Source: Bacteroidaceae bacterium (lineage in GTDB: Bacteria; Bacteroidota; Bacteroidia; Bacteroidales; Bacteroidaceae). Taken from it: a stretch of 64,000 nt of DNA. A program made the position numbers and the translations under genes. Within the stretch, counting starts at the first letter, position 1. Each line of letters opens with the position of its first letter. Shown here in pieces: positions 45,771-55,739 of this stretch. The stretch lies in contig JAZRYA010000018.1 in assembly GCA_045600505.1 (NCBI GenBank), positions 47 through 64,046 of the forward strand, in the 5' to 3' direction. Under the pieces are notes generated by a model. It saw nothing but the letters and a program-made list of their open reading frames with translations, was not told the DNA's origin and ran no database searches.

Positions 45771-48527
45771 TTATTTCACGTTCAGTTTGATGGTCTTTTT
45801 ACCATCAGTTACCATGTAGATACCAGCGGGTACCCAGGTGCCAATAGCAACGCGTTGACCGTTGACATTGTAGGCTTTGAGGTTCTCGCCGTCGGCATAG
45901 ATTACACGACCTACTACGCTGGCACTGAAGCCCTTACCAAGGCTTGTAGAGGTGATTCCTGTGGGTGTGATGATAGGCTCCTCGTCGCCAGTGCCATTGG
46001 GATCGTCGCTGATGATAAACCAGCCTACGTAGTCGCCATTGGTCTTGGCAGAGTTGGTCTCGGTAATGCTGCTTGTACCATCGACCTGGCGACGGAAACT
46101 ACCGCAATATACGCCATCCTCATCGGCAGTGGTGCTATGCAAGCGGAAGATGCTAGCCTTGGCATAATTGTTGGTCTGAGGCGCTGCAATGATGAAGGGG
46201 TTCTGCAGGTGAAGAGTGTCACCTGCTGTGTTCTTGAAGTAAACCGTTTGACGAGCGGTTCCACCACAAGGAGTGTCGTAGTCACGTCCCACGGTCAGCA
46301 GTTTGCCATTACCAATCTGTACTTGTCCGGGTGTGCAAGCGAAGTAGTTGACATTCTGTGCATTAAATGCCGATGTCACGCCTTCCTGACGGACGAGTTG
46401 GACAGAGAATCCCTCATTTGTAATATCGAATACGCGCACGCTCACAGGCGCATAGCTAGTGACGCTGGTATTTTGCTGTGCAACGACCACGGGAGTCACT
46501 CCCTCGGGGTATGGGGTGGGGAAGACTACGTCCACCTTGTCGCCCTTGATGCTACCCACTTTTTGGCTGATAAGCATCATATCATTGTTCAGCTGAATGA
46601 CGGTGTCGGCAGGGAGTACCAGGTAGTCGACAGTTTCAGCCTGTTTGAACTCAACGGGTGACGTCAGAGCCCAAGGATAGAAACGGAACTTGAAGCTGTT
46701 CTTGCCCAGAGACAAGATCTGGTTGGTGATACCATTGCCGGTGTTCTTGTTCGAGATCATGCCTGCCACCACATAAGGTGCCTCTTCCTGAGGATTGAGG
46801 TCTGTAGAAACTGCTTCTGTGTTCGCAATTTTCAGTTGGCCATACTGCAGTGCACCAATAGCGTTTGCGGCAGCCACTGTGACGCTGAAATCGTCGCTGG
46901 TGAACTTCTTGGTTCCATAGTATTCCACTACGCGGTACGAGGTGATACCCACCTCGCGGCATGTGGTCTTATAGGTATATGCGGGAGCATTGGCGCTAGT
47001 CTTATCCAGAGGAGTTACATTATTGTCCTTCACCCACTTGGTAGATTCAGGATCCTTGCGCTCAACGACAATAGAGTCGAGCATATCACCATTGGGATCA
47101 CTCCATTTCAGTTCTACGGTTGCAGTGGTCTTGTTGTAGGTGCCAGTCAGTGCGCTAGGAGCGTTGTAGACAATCTTGGGGACATACTCGTTGGCAGCGT
47201 TGTATGCTAGAGGCACATCCATGGTGGCATAGTATTCACCCAGTTTGGTGAGTTTGTTGTCACGCCAGATTTTGGTGTACCATTGTTCGCTGTTCCAGTA
47301 GAAGTAGCGCTCCACCTTGCTGGTGGCGTTCAGGCGCTCAAGAATGGGCTTCGTGCCGTTGTAGGTAGCATCGTCGTTCTGACGGCCACTGGCAAATGCG
47401 CCGTTGTTGCTCCAGCTGGCTCCCCATACCCACTCTGAAATCCAGCAGGGACGGCCCTTGCCATACTCCTGGATGTACCAGTCGAGACTGTTCCACTGGC
47501 CATCCCAGTAGCAATGCAAGTCCAGAATGTCACAGCGCCATCCACGTTTGTCAATTTCCTCGATAAAGGTCTTGAGGTGGTTCATAGAACCATCATGAGA
47601 ACTCTCGGAACAGAGACGCAGACCTGTACGCATCAGATTCTGCCAGTTGTCCAGCACGGTCTTTACATCCTGGGGATGGTCGTCGGCTGAGTTTCCAGGC
47701 TCGTTGTTGGTCTTCATGTGACAGGTTCCGTCCACGCTACCGCAAGTTGCGGCTGATGGCCAGTCCTCGTAGATATGGTGAGAGATCCACTCTACGTCAG
47801 GCAAGAGTGACGAGTTTCCTTGACCCCAGTCGAAACATGAGGTGGTACCCAGGGCTGCATTGGCAGATCTTGACGTGTCGTGTACGCCAGCCTTTGAGGC
47901 ATTGTACCATTGGAACAGGCGATACGACGAAATCTTACCGTTCAAGGGAGCGGGTACAGATGCAATCTCCAAGTCCTCTTGGTCGGCAATGAAGCAACGG
48001 CTGTAGCCCCAACCGCCAGTACCTACGGCAAAGGTGACCATGTAACCGCGCTTGAGCTTGAAACTGCGTATCTTGTTGTTCAACTGGGTGTTGGTCAGAG
48101 TCTTCATGAAACCGCCACTGTGTCCCTCGGTATAACCGTTGAAGGTGTTACCTTCATAGTTTTCCTCGGTGTAGCAGCTCAGTGGTCTGAGTGTCTTGCT
48201 GTAGGGGTATACGATGGCACCTCGGTTGTACATTCTTACTTGGCAGTTGGTGCCGTTGACGGCTTTTGCTCCATTGATGTAGATGTGGCTCATCAGACTA
48301 GAGATGACCTTGCTGGGTCTCATCTGTTTGATGATGAGCACAGCGTGCTCGGTATTCTGAATGTCCACGCTTCCCATGGCATCAAATGGTGTGGCGCCAG
48401 TGATGACATAGTCGACATCGTCGGTGGGTGTCACAGACTCGGACACCGTTGCCACTTGTGTGATGGTGTTTCTGGCCTGGAGTGATGCGGCAGCCAGTAA
48501 TGCGGCTGCAAATAGTTTCAGTTTCAT
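45771..48527 (-). CDS. Secreted clan GH-A glycoside hydrolase (Glyco_hydro_cc/GH128-like catalytic core) with a large extra region and a T9SS C-terminal sorting domain
   Basis: Signal peptide. NEP acid/base motif KTNNEPGN and nucleophile context CWISEWVWG. The C-terminus ...NLKAYNVNGQRVAIGTWVPAGIYMVTDGKKTIKLNVK resembles a Por/T9SS C-terminal domain. The GH family assignment is tentative. Confidence 0.6.
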   Translation of the reverse strand: MKLKLFAAALLAAASLQARNTITQVATVSESVTPTDDVDYVITGATPFDAMGSVDIQNTEHAVLIIKQMRPSKVISSLMSHIYINGAKAVNGTNCQVRMYNRGAIVYPYSKTLRPLSCYTEENYEGNTFNGYTEGHSGGFMKTLTNTQLNNKIRSFKLKRGYMVTFAVGTGGWGYSRCFIADQEDLEIASVPAPLNGKISSYRLFQWYNASKAGVHDTSRSANAALGTTSCFDWGQGNSSLLPDVEWISHHIYEDWPSAATCGSVDGTCHMKTNNEPGNSADDHPQDVKTVLDNWQNLMRTGLRLCSESSHDGSMNHLKTFIEEIDKRGWRCDILDLHCYWDGQWNSLDWYIQEYGKGRPCWISEWVWGASWSNNGAFASGRQNDDATYNGTKPILERLNATSKVERYFYWNSEQWYTKIWRDNKLTKLGEYYATMDVPLAYNAANEYVPKIVYNAPSALTGTYNKTTATVELKWSDPNGDMLDSIVVERKDPESTKWVKDNNVTPLDKTSANAPAYTYKTTCREVGITSYRVVEYYGTKKFTSDDFSVTVAAANAIGALQYGQLKIANTEAVSTDLNPQEEAPYVVAGMISNKNTGNGITNQILSLGKNSFKFRFYPWALTSPVEFKQAETVDYLVLPADTVIQLNNDMMLISQKVGSIKGDKVDVVFPTPYPEGVTPVVVAQQNTSVTSYAPVSVRVFDITNEGFSVQLVRQEGVTSAFNAQNVNYFACTPGQVQIGNGKLLTVGRDYDTPCGGTARQTVYFKNTAGDTLHLQNPFIIAAPQTNNYAKASIFRLHSTTADEDGVYCGSFRRQVDGTSSITETNSAKTNGDYVGWFIISDDPNGTGDEEPIITPTGITSTSLGKGFSASVVGRVIYADGENLKAYNVNGQRVAIGTWVPAGIYMVTDGKKTIKLNVK

Positions 48528-48538
48528 ATTAGGGAGTT

Positions 48539-49693
48539 TTATTTGCTGAAGTAGGTGGCAAGGCGGTTCTGCTGAGCCTTGTAAGCCTTGACAGAGGCAG
48601 GACCGTCGAGGGTTGCCTGGATTTCATCCAACATGGCCTTGCGGTTCTCCAACTGATAGAGGGTAAGTGTGGGCACTGAACGCTCCTTGAGGTTGCGCTT
48701 TGCTTTCTGCAGTTCATCCCATGCCTGGAGCAGATCGAGCTCGCTCTGAGTGATGGCGATGACGGTACCATGACGAGGAGTGAACAGGCCAGTAGTAGCG
48801 GTGTTCTGCACCTTGGTGAACTTCATCAGGTCGTTGCTCTTGCAGAACTGGTAGTGACCGTTCATGTAGCAGTCATACATCAGTACCCAAGTGCCATCGA
48901 AGAGACGGAACACGCCTGCACCTTCTACAGCCTCGTTGGTGTCCTGGCAGAAACCATCCTGCAACTTCCAGTTCTCGCTGTTGTGCAGGGTCTTGGCGAT
49001 GAATTGCTTGATGCCCTTCTGGCGTCCGTTTTCGGTCTTGAAATAGATGTGATACAGACCATTGTCATCCTTTACGATGTCAGTGTCGATGGCAGCATCG
49101 CCGGTGTCGAAGAGGACCTTGGGTTCACCCTCCAGATCACTGAAATCGGCGTTGGCATACTGGTAGTAAACTTTGTCGTAGGGGATGGTGCCGTCGTTGG
49201 TGAGCAGGCTGTAGTACACCATGTACTTGCCAGCCTCGGAATCCCATACGGTTTGGGGTGCCCACACGCGGGTTACGTTGGCAAAGTTGGTGCCCTTGAA
49301 TTTCTCAGGGAAGTGAACCGTGTGGTGCTCCCACTTGAGCAGGTCGCGAGAACGCAGCAGAACCAGACCACGGTTGCTGGCCCAACCCTGACTGCTGGCC
49401 ATGTCTGTAACTACCTGATAGAAATAGCCATCGTGACCGCGCAAGATATGGGGGTCGCGTACAGCCTTCTTCAGGGCGATGGTGTCACTGGCAATGATGG
49501 GGTTGCCGTCATTCATGGGGGTGTAGTTCCAACCGTCGGTAGAGAGGGCATAACGGATTTGCTCCTCTTGTACGGCATTGCCGGTGAAATAAGTGAAAAG
49601 ATAGGCTACATACTTGTTGGCAGCCTGAGCAGAGATAAGTGCTGCAACAGAGAGTGCAGCAGCGCATGTTAATCTTTTAATGTTGCTTCTCAT
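48539..49693 (-). CDS. GH43-like five-bladed beta-propeller glycoside hydrolase with a helical C-terminal tail
   Basis: Signal peptide. N-terminal YLFTYFTGN...IRYALSTDGWNYTP, RDPHILRG and VWAPQ-type blade motifs, recalled from GH43-clan enzymes. Subfamily was not determined. Confidence 0.55.
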   Translation of the reverse strand: MRSNIKRLTCAAALSVAALISAQAANKYVAYLFTYFTGNAVQEEQIRYALSTDGWNYTPMNDGNPIIASDTIALKKAVRDPHILRGHDGYFYQVVTDMASSQGWASNRGLVLLRSRDLLKWEHHTVHFPEKFKGTNFANVTRVWAPQTVWDSEAGKYMVYYSLLTNDGTIPYDKVYYQYANADFSDLEGEPKVLFDTGDAAIDTDIVKDDNGLYHIYFKTENGRQKGIKQFIAKTLHNSENWKLQDGFCQDTNEAVEGAGVFRLFDGTWVLMYDCYMNGHYQFCKSNDLMKFTKVQNTATTGLFTPRHGTVIAITQSELDLLQAWDELQKAKRNLKERSVPTLTLYQLENRKAMLDEIQATLDGPASVKAYKAQQNRLATYFSK

Positions 49694-49726
49694 GATATGT
49701 AATGCTTTTGTTTTGTCTAATAAACA

Positions 49727-49734
49727 ACAAATGT
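49727..49734 (-). promoter_or_regulatory. -7 promoter box TACATTTG for the GH43-like gene
   Basis: The plus strand reads CAAATGTA, 34 nt upstream of the ATG at 49693. Confidence 0.45.
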
Positions 49735-49783
49735 AGGCATTTCGTGGCAGAGAAACAATTATCCGCGCAATTGTTAAGAAAGT

Positions 49784-51805
49784 TTAACTTTTCTTTTTTT
49801 TCAGCTGCTCTGCAATTTCCCAGTGCAGGGCTGCTTCTTCCTCTTTCCCAAGGTGGCTGTAGCAATCGCCCATCAGTTCGTGAGGACGAGCTTTGTGCTT
49901 GCGCAGTCTGCTGGCTTGGTCCAGATCGTTGATGGCTGCTGCATATTCACCCATCTCCATCAGGGCTCTTCCCTTTTGCAACCAGGCTTTGAAATTGATG
50001 GGGCTTAGACGTACGGCTTCGTTGAGGCAGTGTAGTGCTTCACGAGGTTGTTTGTCATCTATCAATGTCACACCTTTTCGTATCATTGCGTCCACGTGTT
50101 TGGGGTACAATTCTAGGGCCTTGTCATAGTTGGCTAGGGCAGCTCTCACGTTATGTGCTTCGGTGATGCAGTCGTTGCCCATGCGATAGTACTCATCTGC
50201 AAACTTTTTCAGACTTTCCTCTTGCATTCTCATTCTCTCCAGAGCTTCATCACGCTGCTTGCGCATCTTGTTGATTTCGTGGAGTTTCCTTTGGATAAAC
50301 CTCCTTGCTGCGGGCTGCTCGATATCGTATCTGGTGTGTATGGCTGTAAAGAAATGATCTAGGCATTCCTTCATATTCCCTTGGTCATATGCTTGCGATG
50401 CGGCATGGTATTCTATGTCTGCTTTTGCTTGTATCAGGGCGCGCTGGATGCTCTGCGGATTATTGAATCTTTCGGCAAATTCCAGTATCTCTTTATGTAC
50501 GAAAATATCGCTAGCATTGATACGCTTGTTGAGGGTCATTCCCTCGAGGGAAGTGCATCGGCTCAGTGCTACGTAGGCTTGACCGCCAGCAAAGGTTCCT
50601 CCTCCAAAGTCTATGGACACTTGCTTGAAGGTTAGTCCCTGGCTCTTGTGTATGGTTATTGCCCATGCTAGGCGGATGGGGAATTGAGTGAAAACACCTA
50701 GTTCCTCTACATCTATTTTCTTTTCGCGCTCGTTGTAGTGATAGCGTACGTTGGCCCAGTTCTCGGGGGATACGTCTACTAGGTCTCCATCGTCAGTCAT
50801 CACCTCAAGACTATTTTGGTTCAGGTCGATGCTGGTGATAGTGCCTAGTGTTCCGTTGACCCAGCGTTTGTCGGGGTCGTTTTTGATGAAAATGATCTGT
50901 GCGCCGCACTTGATTTGCAACTCTTTCAGGGTAGGCAGTGAGGTCTCGGGAAAGTCTCCTTTGATTTCACCTTTCAGTGTGATGGGGTCTCCTGATAGTT
51001 GGTCCAGACGGGTTTGGTTGATGTAGTCTACATTGTCTCTGCGGGTTGCCAACACAATGTTGAGTGGGGCGTCTGCGCTGGCGCTTACAGGCTCTAAATC
51101 AGCAGCTTTCGGGTCATACCTGCAGTTGAGCAGTTGCAGTTCGAGTGCAGAGACTTTTCCCGATCGGATATGGTCGAGGGTGCGTATGAAGGCGCTGTCT
51201 TTTTGGCGATATACTTTGGTTAGTTCGATGCTGACCAACTCCATCTCCTGGAACACTCTGGCCGAGAAGAAGTAGGGGTTGGGGTAAAAGCGATTGAGGA
51301 TTTCTCTTTCGTCCTGTTTCACCACAGGCTCCAACTGGAATACGTCGCCGATGAACAGCATCTGCTTGCCAGCAAAAGGTTGTCGCATGTTGTTGCAATA
51401 GACGCGCAATACCTTGTCAATAAAGTCAATGATATCTGCTCTCACCATAGATATCTCATCGATGACGATGAGTTCCAGGTTCTGGAGAATCTTGATCTGT
51501 TCTTTGTTGTATTTGAGCGTGTTGCGTATCTTGCGCAGAGAGAACTGTGGATCGTCTGGCAATAGCGGGTGAAAGGGCAGTTTGAAGAAGCTATGCAGGG
51601 TCTGCCCCCCGGCATTGATGGCTGCAATGCCAGTGGGTGCCAGGATGACGTGCTTTTTCCTGGTGTTGGCACACACGTATCTCAGGAAGGTGCTTTTACC
51701 AGTTCCGGCTTTACCCGTCAGAAACATGGAGTTGTGGGTGTGCCGAATCAGGTTAAGCGCATTCTGAAACTCAGGGCTGCTAGTGTCTATGCTCTTGTTG
51801 TCCAC
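49784..51805 (-). CDS. Pif1/RecD-family SF1B helicase with a C-terminal TPR domain
   Basis: Walker A LTGKAGTGKST, Walker B LIVIDEISMV, and later helicase motifs VGDVFQLEPV, TIHKSQGLTF and YVALSRC. The C-terminal roughly 200 aa has TPR-like repeats. The GTG start at 51805 overlaps the PBP1A stop by 1 nt. Confidence 0.85.
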   Translation of the reverse strand: MDNKSIDTSSPEFQNALNLIRHTHNSMFLTGKAGTGKSTFLRYVCANTRKKHVILAPTGIAAINAGGQTLHSFFKLPFHPLLPDDPQFSLRKIRNTLKYNKEQIKILQNLELIVIDEISMVRADIIDFIDKVLRVYCNNMRQPFAGKQMLFIGDVFQLEPVVKQDEREILNRFYPNPYFFSARVFQEMELVSIELTKVYRQKDSAFIRTLDHIRSGKVSALELQLLNCRYDPKAADLEPVSASADAPLNIVLATRRDNVDYINQTRLDQLSGDPITLKGEIKGDFPETSLPTLKELQIKCGAQIIFIKNDPDKRWVNGTLGTITSIDLNQNSLEVMTDDGDLVDVSPENWANVRYHYNEREKKIDVEELGVFTQFPIRLAWAITIHKSQGLTFKQVSIDFGGGTFAGGQAYVALSRCTSLEGMTLNKRINASDIFVHKEILEFAERFNNPQSIQRALIQAKADIEYHAASQAYDQGNMKECLDHFFTAIHTRYDIEQPAARRFIQRKLHEINKMRKQRDEALERMRMQEESLKKFADEYYRMGNDCITEAHNVRAALANYDKALELYPKHVDAMIRKGVTLIDDKQPREALHCLNEAVRLSPINFKAWLQKGRALMEMGEYAAAINDLDQASRLRKHKARPHELMGDCYSHLGKEEEAALHWEIAEQLKKKKS

Positions 51806-54249
51806 TATGGTGTTACAGTCTCTGTTTGAGGAGTTTCTGTGGTGTTGCTTTCTGTTGCAGGAGCGTCGGTGACAGCGTCTTCCATAGGCTCCATATCCAT
51901 GCCTTCCATAGCAATGGGGTCTTCCTCCAGACTATCCTTGGGCTCGTAGGTAGGAGCGGGTGACGAGGGCGTCATGTCAATCTCCTCTTTTGGCTCGGCA
52001 AACCTCTTCCAGTACTTGCTATATCGCTTGTCTTGCAGCAGATTCTGCACGAAGTAGCCGAAGATAGGCAATGCTGTGCGACTACCTTGTCCCAGTGCTC
52101 CCGTACGGAAGTGGATACTGCGGTACTCACCGCCGACCCATGCACCAGCAACAAGGCCAGGTGTTACACCCACAAACCATGCGTCGGAGTGGTTGTTACT
52201 GGTTCCAGTCTTTCCTCCAAATTCGGTTTTGTCCAGAATGGGGTGGATGTACTGCCACAGGGCAGCTGTGGTACCTCCGGGCTCGGTCAAACCTCCGCGA
52301 AGCATTTCCTGCATCATGTAGGCAGAGCGGTAAGGGATGGCCTGTTTGTTCTCCAACTGTGCTTCGTAGATGACGTTGCCGTCTCTGTCCTCAATCTTTG
52401 TTACGAGGATGGGCATGTTGTATTTGCCTTCGTCGATGACGGTGCAGTATGAGTTGACCAACTCGAGCAACGATACGTCGCTGGAGCCCAGACTGAGTGA
52501 TTTGGTCTCGTCTAGCTTGCTTTGGATACCCATTGCATGTGCAGTGCGTGCTACATTGGGGATGCCCATTTCTACACCCAATTGCACTGCTACGCTGTTG
52601 ATACTTTGTGCAAAGGCACGCTTCAGGGTCATGTAGGCACCTGTGAAGTAGCCATTGGCGTTGTGGGGCGCCCATACACTGGGTTTACCATTGAAGGTAT
52701 CGGGGTAAGCGATGTACTTGTCACATCGTGTGTCGTTGGGAGTGAGTCCCTGGTTCATAGCCTCGGTGTAGACAAACAGTTTGAAGGTAGAACCCGGTTG
52801 GCGTTGAGAGGTGACCTTGTTGTATTGCCAACTCTTGTAATCGATGTCACCTACCCAAGCTTTCACCTCGCGCGTGTCAGGTTCTATTGCTACAAAACCG
52901 CAGTGCAGGAAGCCGACCATGTAGCGGATAGAATCCATCACACTCATCTTCTGCTCTGTAGGACCATCATATGTAAAAACCTTTACAGTATGAGGCAGGT
53001 TGAGGTAGTAGGTGACAGAGTCACTGTCCTCGCCATACTTGGATATCAGATACTTGTATTCTGATGTCTTTTTGGCAATGTTTTCGATGAAGTTGGGGAT
53101 CTCCTTGTGCTGTGCGTCTTGCCAGGGATTGGTGTTGCCCCAGTGCTCGCGGAACTTCTGCTGCAGCGATCGCATTTGCTTCAGTGCAGCTTGCTCGGCA
53201 TATTTCTGGATGTGTGTGTCGAGTGAGGTGTAGATCTTCAGACCGTCGGCATAGAGGTCCAGTTTCTCACCAGCATCATATCCGGGTATCAAGCCTTCCT
53301 CGCAGAGCATGTCGATGTACTCACGCACTGCATCGCGGAAATAAGGTGCAGGACCAAAGTGTGCATTGTCAGTGTGTCCCTCGGCAACGACCATGGGGAT
53401 GGCCTGGATGCTATCCAACTGAGCTGCTGTGGCAGGCACTGCGTTGATGTACATCTTGCCGTCATTGAACAAGTTAGCAAGTACCACGTTGCGTCGGTTG
53501 GTGCTGTTGATGGGGTTGATGCGAGGATTGTAGGTGCTGGTCGCCTTGAGCAGACCTACCAAGGTGGCAGCTTGCTCATAGTTGAGGTGGGCAGGGTCGG
53601 TGTCAAAGTAAGTACGGCAAGCCGTCTTGATGCCAAATGCATTGCTGCCAAAGTCAACTGTATTGAGGTACATGGTCAGGATGTCTTCCTTGGAGAACAC
53701 CATTTCCAGTTTGGTGGCAACAATCCATTCCTTGGCCTTGATGATGGCAAGTTTCACGCCAGGCACCTTGCCCAGTACGCCAGTACTGTATTGTGTGCGT
53801 GTGCGGAAAAGGTTCTTGGCCAACTGCTGAGTGATGGTGCTTGCTCCGCGAGCGCGTCCCAGGAACATGTCCTTGACAGCTGCAAACAAGCCCTGGAAGT
53901 CGATGCCGTGATGCTGATAAAATCTTACATCCTCTGTCGCAATAAGAGTGCGCACGATGATGGGGCTGATCTCCTGGTATTCTACGGGTGTACGGTTCTC
54001 GTTGTAGAATTTACCAATCTGTTGTCCGTCGGCACTGATGAGGATAGAAGCCTCGTTGGTGACAGGATTTGAGATTTCCTTGAAGCCGGGTGAGCGGCCA
54101 AAGAGCCAAAACAGATTGGCGTCAATAGCACCCAGAAGCAGGATTATACCTAGAATGAAGGTTCCAAACCATACCAGAATCTTCTTCCACCAAGGGCCGC
54201 CATAGATAGCGTGGATGACCTTCTTGAATTTGAACCAATATTTCTTCAT
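51805..54249 (-). CDS. mrcA: Penicillin-binding protein 1A (bifunctional transglycosylase/transpeptidase)
   Basis: Transglycosylase motifs ATEDVRFYQHHGID and GASTITQQL; transpeptidase motifs PGSTFK (SxxK) and KTGT. N-terminal membrane anchor and an acidic/Thr-rich tail. Confidence 0.9.
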   Translation of the reverse strand: MKKYWFKFKKVIHAIYGGPWWKKILVWFGTFILGIILLLGAIDANLFWLFGRSPGFKEISNPVTNEASILISADGQQIGKFYNENRTPVEYQEISPIIVRTLIATEDVRFYQHHGIDFQGLFAAVKDMFLGRARGASTITQQLAKNLFRTRTQYSTGVLGKVPGVKLAIIKAKEWIVATKLEMVFSKEDILTMYLNTVDFGSNAFGIKTACRTYFDTDPAHLNYEQAATLVGLLKATSTYNPRINPINSTNRRNVVLANLFNDGKMYINAVPATAAQLDSIQAIPMVVAEGHTDNAHFGPAPYFRDAVREYIDMLCEEGLIPGYDAGEKLDLYADGLKIYTSLDTHIQKYAEQAALKQMRSLQQKFREHWGNTNPWQDAQHKEIPNFIENIAKKTSEYKYLISKYGEDSDSVTYYLNLPHTVKVFTYDGPTEQKMSVMDSIRYMVGFLHCGFVAIEPDTREVKAWVGDIDYKSWQYNKVTSQRQPGSTFKLFVYTEAMNQGLTPNDTRCDKYIAYPDTFNGKPSVWAPHNANGYFTGAYMTLKRAFAQSINSVAVQLGVEMGIPNVARTAHAMGIQSKLDETKSLSLGSSDVSLLELVNSYCTVIDEGKYNMPILVTKIEDRDGNVIYEAQLENKQAIPYRSAYMMQEMLRGGLTEPGGTTAALWQYIHPILDKTEFGGKTGTSNNHSDAWFVGVTPGLVAGAWVGGEYRSIHFRTGALGQGSRTALPIFGYFVQNLLQDKRYSKYWKRFAEPKEEIDMTPSSPAPTYEPKDSLEEDPIAMEGMDMEPMEDAVTDAPATESNTTETPQTETVTP

Positions 54250-54295
54250 GACGTATTGTCTGAGTTATTATATACAAAATTACGAAAAACTTTCT

Positions 54296-55198
54296 TTACT
54301 CGTCTAGTTTTTCCCGTATAAAATTCCGGATACCCTCAACTTCTGTGGGGTGGAACCATCGGATGTGTGCATCTCGGCGGAACCAAGTGAGTTGTTTCTT
54401 GGCATATACCCGGGTATTCTTCTTTATTCGTTCGACGGCCATTTCATGTTGCCAATCACCGTCCAACACGTGAACCAATTCCTTGTAACCCACGGTATTG
54501 AGTGCATTGCAGTCCTTGTGGTCGTACCATTGTTTCACCTCGTCCAACAGCCCTTCTTGCATCATCATGTCTACGCGTGCATTGATCCTTGCAAATAGTT
54601 CTTCGCGTGGACGGTCCAATCCGATTTTCACGATGCGAAAAGGTCGCGTGCGTTGTGTGCGCGTACGAAAAGATGTATAGGTCTTGCCTGTCATGTGGCA
54701 GATTTCCAGCGCATGGATTACCCGACGTGTGTTCTTCGGGTCTACGATACGGTAGTATTCGGGATCCAGGGTCTGCAGTTCTTCCACCAGTTTCTCCAGA
54801 CCTTCATCTTCCAGCCGTTGCTTCATCCATGCACGGGTCTTGTCGTCGATGGTGGGGATGTCGTCGATTCCCTCACAGACAGCATCGATGTACATCATGC
54901 TGCCCCCAGAGAGGAGCACTGCATCGTGGGTTTGGAACAACTGACCTAGCAACTTCAGCGCATCAGCCTCGTATTGTGCAGCGCTGTAGTAGTCCTCTAT
55001 GCCCAGTGTACCTACAAAATAATGCTGCACCCGCTGTAGTTGTTCTGCAGTAGGGGCAGCTGTTCCGATGTGCAAGTCGCCAAAGAGCTGGCGGCTGTCA
55101 CAATTCAGTATGGGGCAGTGTAGCATTTCTGCGAGTTCCAGACTCAGGTCAGTCTTGCCAACGCCCGTAGGGCCTAGAAGGACAAAGAGGGTCTTCAT
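54296..55198 (-). CDS. miaA: tRNA dimethylallyltransferase
   Basis: P-loop [11 protein letters not shown], and family-typical DSRQ...IGTA... and AKKQLTWFR motifs. Confidence 0.9.
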   Translation of the reverse strand: MKTLFVLLGPTGVGKTDLSLELAEMLHCPILNCDSRQLFGDLHIGTAAPTAEQLQRVQHYFVGTLGIEDYYSAAQYEADALKLLGQLFQTHDAVLLSGGSMMYIDAVCEGIDDIPTIDDKTRAWMKQRLEDEGLEKLVEELQTLDPEYYRIVDPKNTRRVIHALEICHMTGKTYTSFRTRTQRTRPFRIVKIGLDRPREELFARINARVDMMMQEGLLDEVKQWYDHKDCNALNTVGYKELVHVLDGDWQHEMAVERIKKNTRVYAKKQLTWFRRDAHIRWFHPTEVEGIRNFIREKLDE

Positions 55199-55734
55199 TC
55201 CATGATATCGTAACCCTCGGAATCGAACTCATCCTCCTCGAATCCGTCTTCTCCGTAGAATTCCTCACCCAGTTCCTCGCTGATGGTGCTGGCTTGGGTG
55301 GTGACAACGGGTGTCTCGTCGCTGATAAACTGTGCAGGAGGTTCGCCATGTCTGCGGTTCAGTTTGCCCACATTGGCAATCACCTCGCCAAAGATGGTCT
55401 GCGTCAATTCCAGTAGGAACATACGACGGTTTTCGGGGTCAAAACGGTAAGCAAGGCGTTGTCCCTCGTCTTCCAGGAATTCGCCCAGATCCGTATCGTC
55501 CATGAGGTAAATATCCTCATCGATACTTATGTTGCCGTCATCCTCAAGCAGAATCTTGGTATGAGGTCTCCAATTGTCGTCGCAGACAAAGAATCGCTGT
55601 CCGGGAGTCTCCTCGTAGCCGCAGCTTTTGAGGATGAGGCGGTGCAGATCACCAAAGGTGCTGTCAGCGTCAATCTTGAGTTCTAGAACGAAGTCTTCGA
55701 CCTCGCCACTCACTAGTGTTAGTCTCAGTATCAT
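55195..55734 (-). CDS. Conserved-looking small cytoplasmic protein with an acidic C-terminus, function unknown
   Basis: 179-aa ORF in an ATGA overlap with miaA. Its composition looks coding, and there is no signal peptide. No motif was recognised with confidence. Confidence 0.6.
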   Translation of the reverse strand: MILRLTLVSGEVEDFVLELKIDADSTFGDLHRLILKSCGYEETPGQRFFVCDDNWRPHTKILLEDDGNISIDEDIYLMDDTDLGEFLEDEGQRLAYRFDPENRRMFLLELTQTIFGEVIANVGKLNRRHGEPPAQFISDETPVVTTQASTISEELGEEFYGEDGFEEDEFDSEGYDIME

Positions 55735-55739
55735 ATGCG

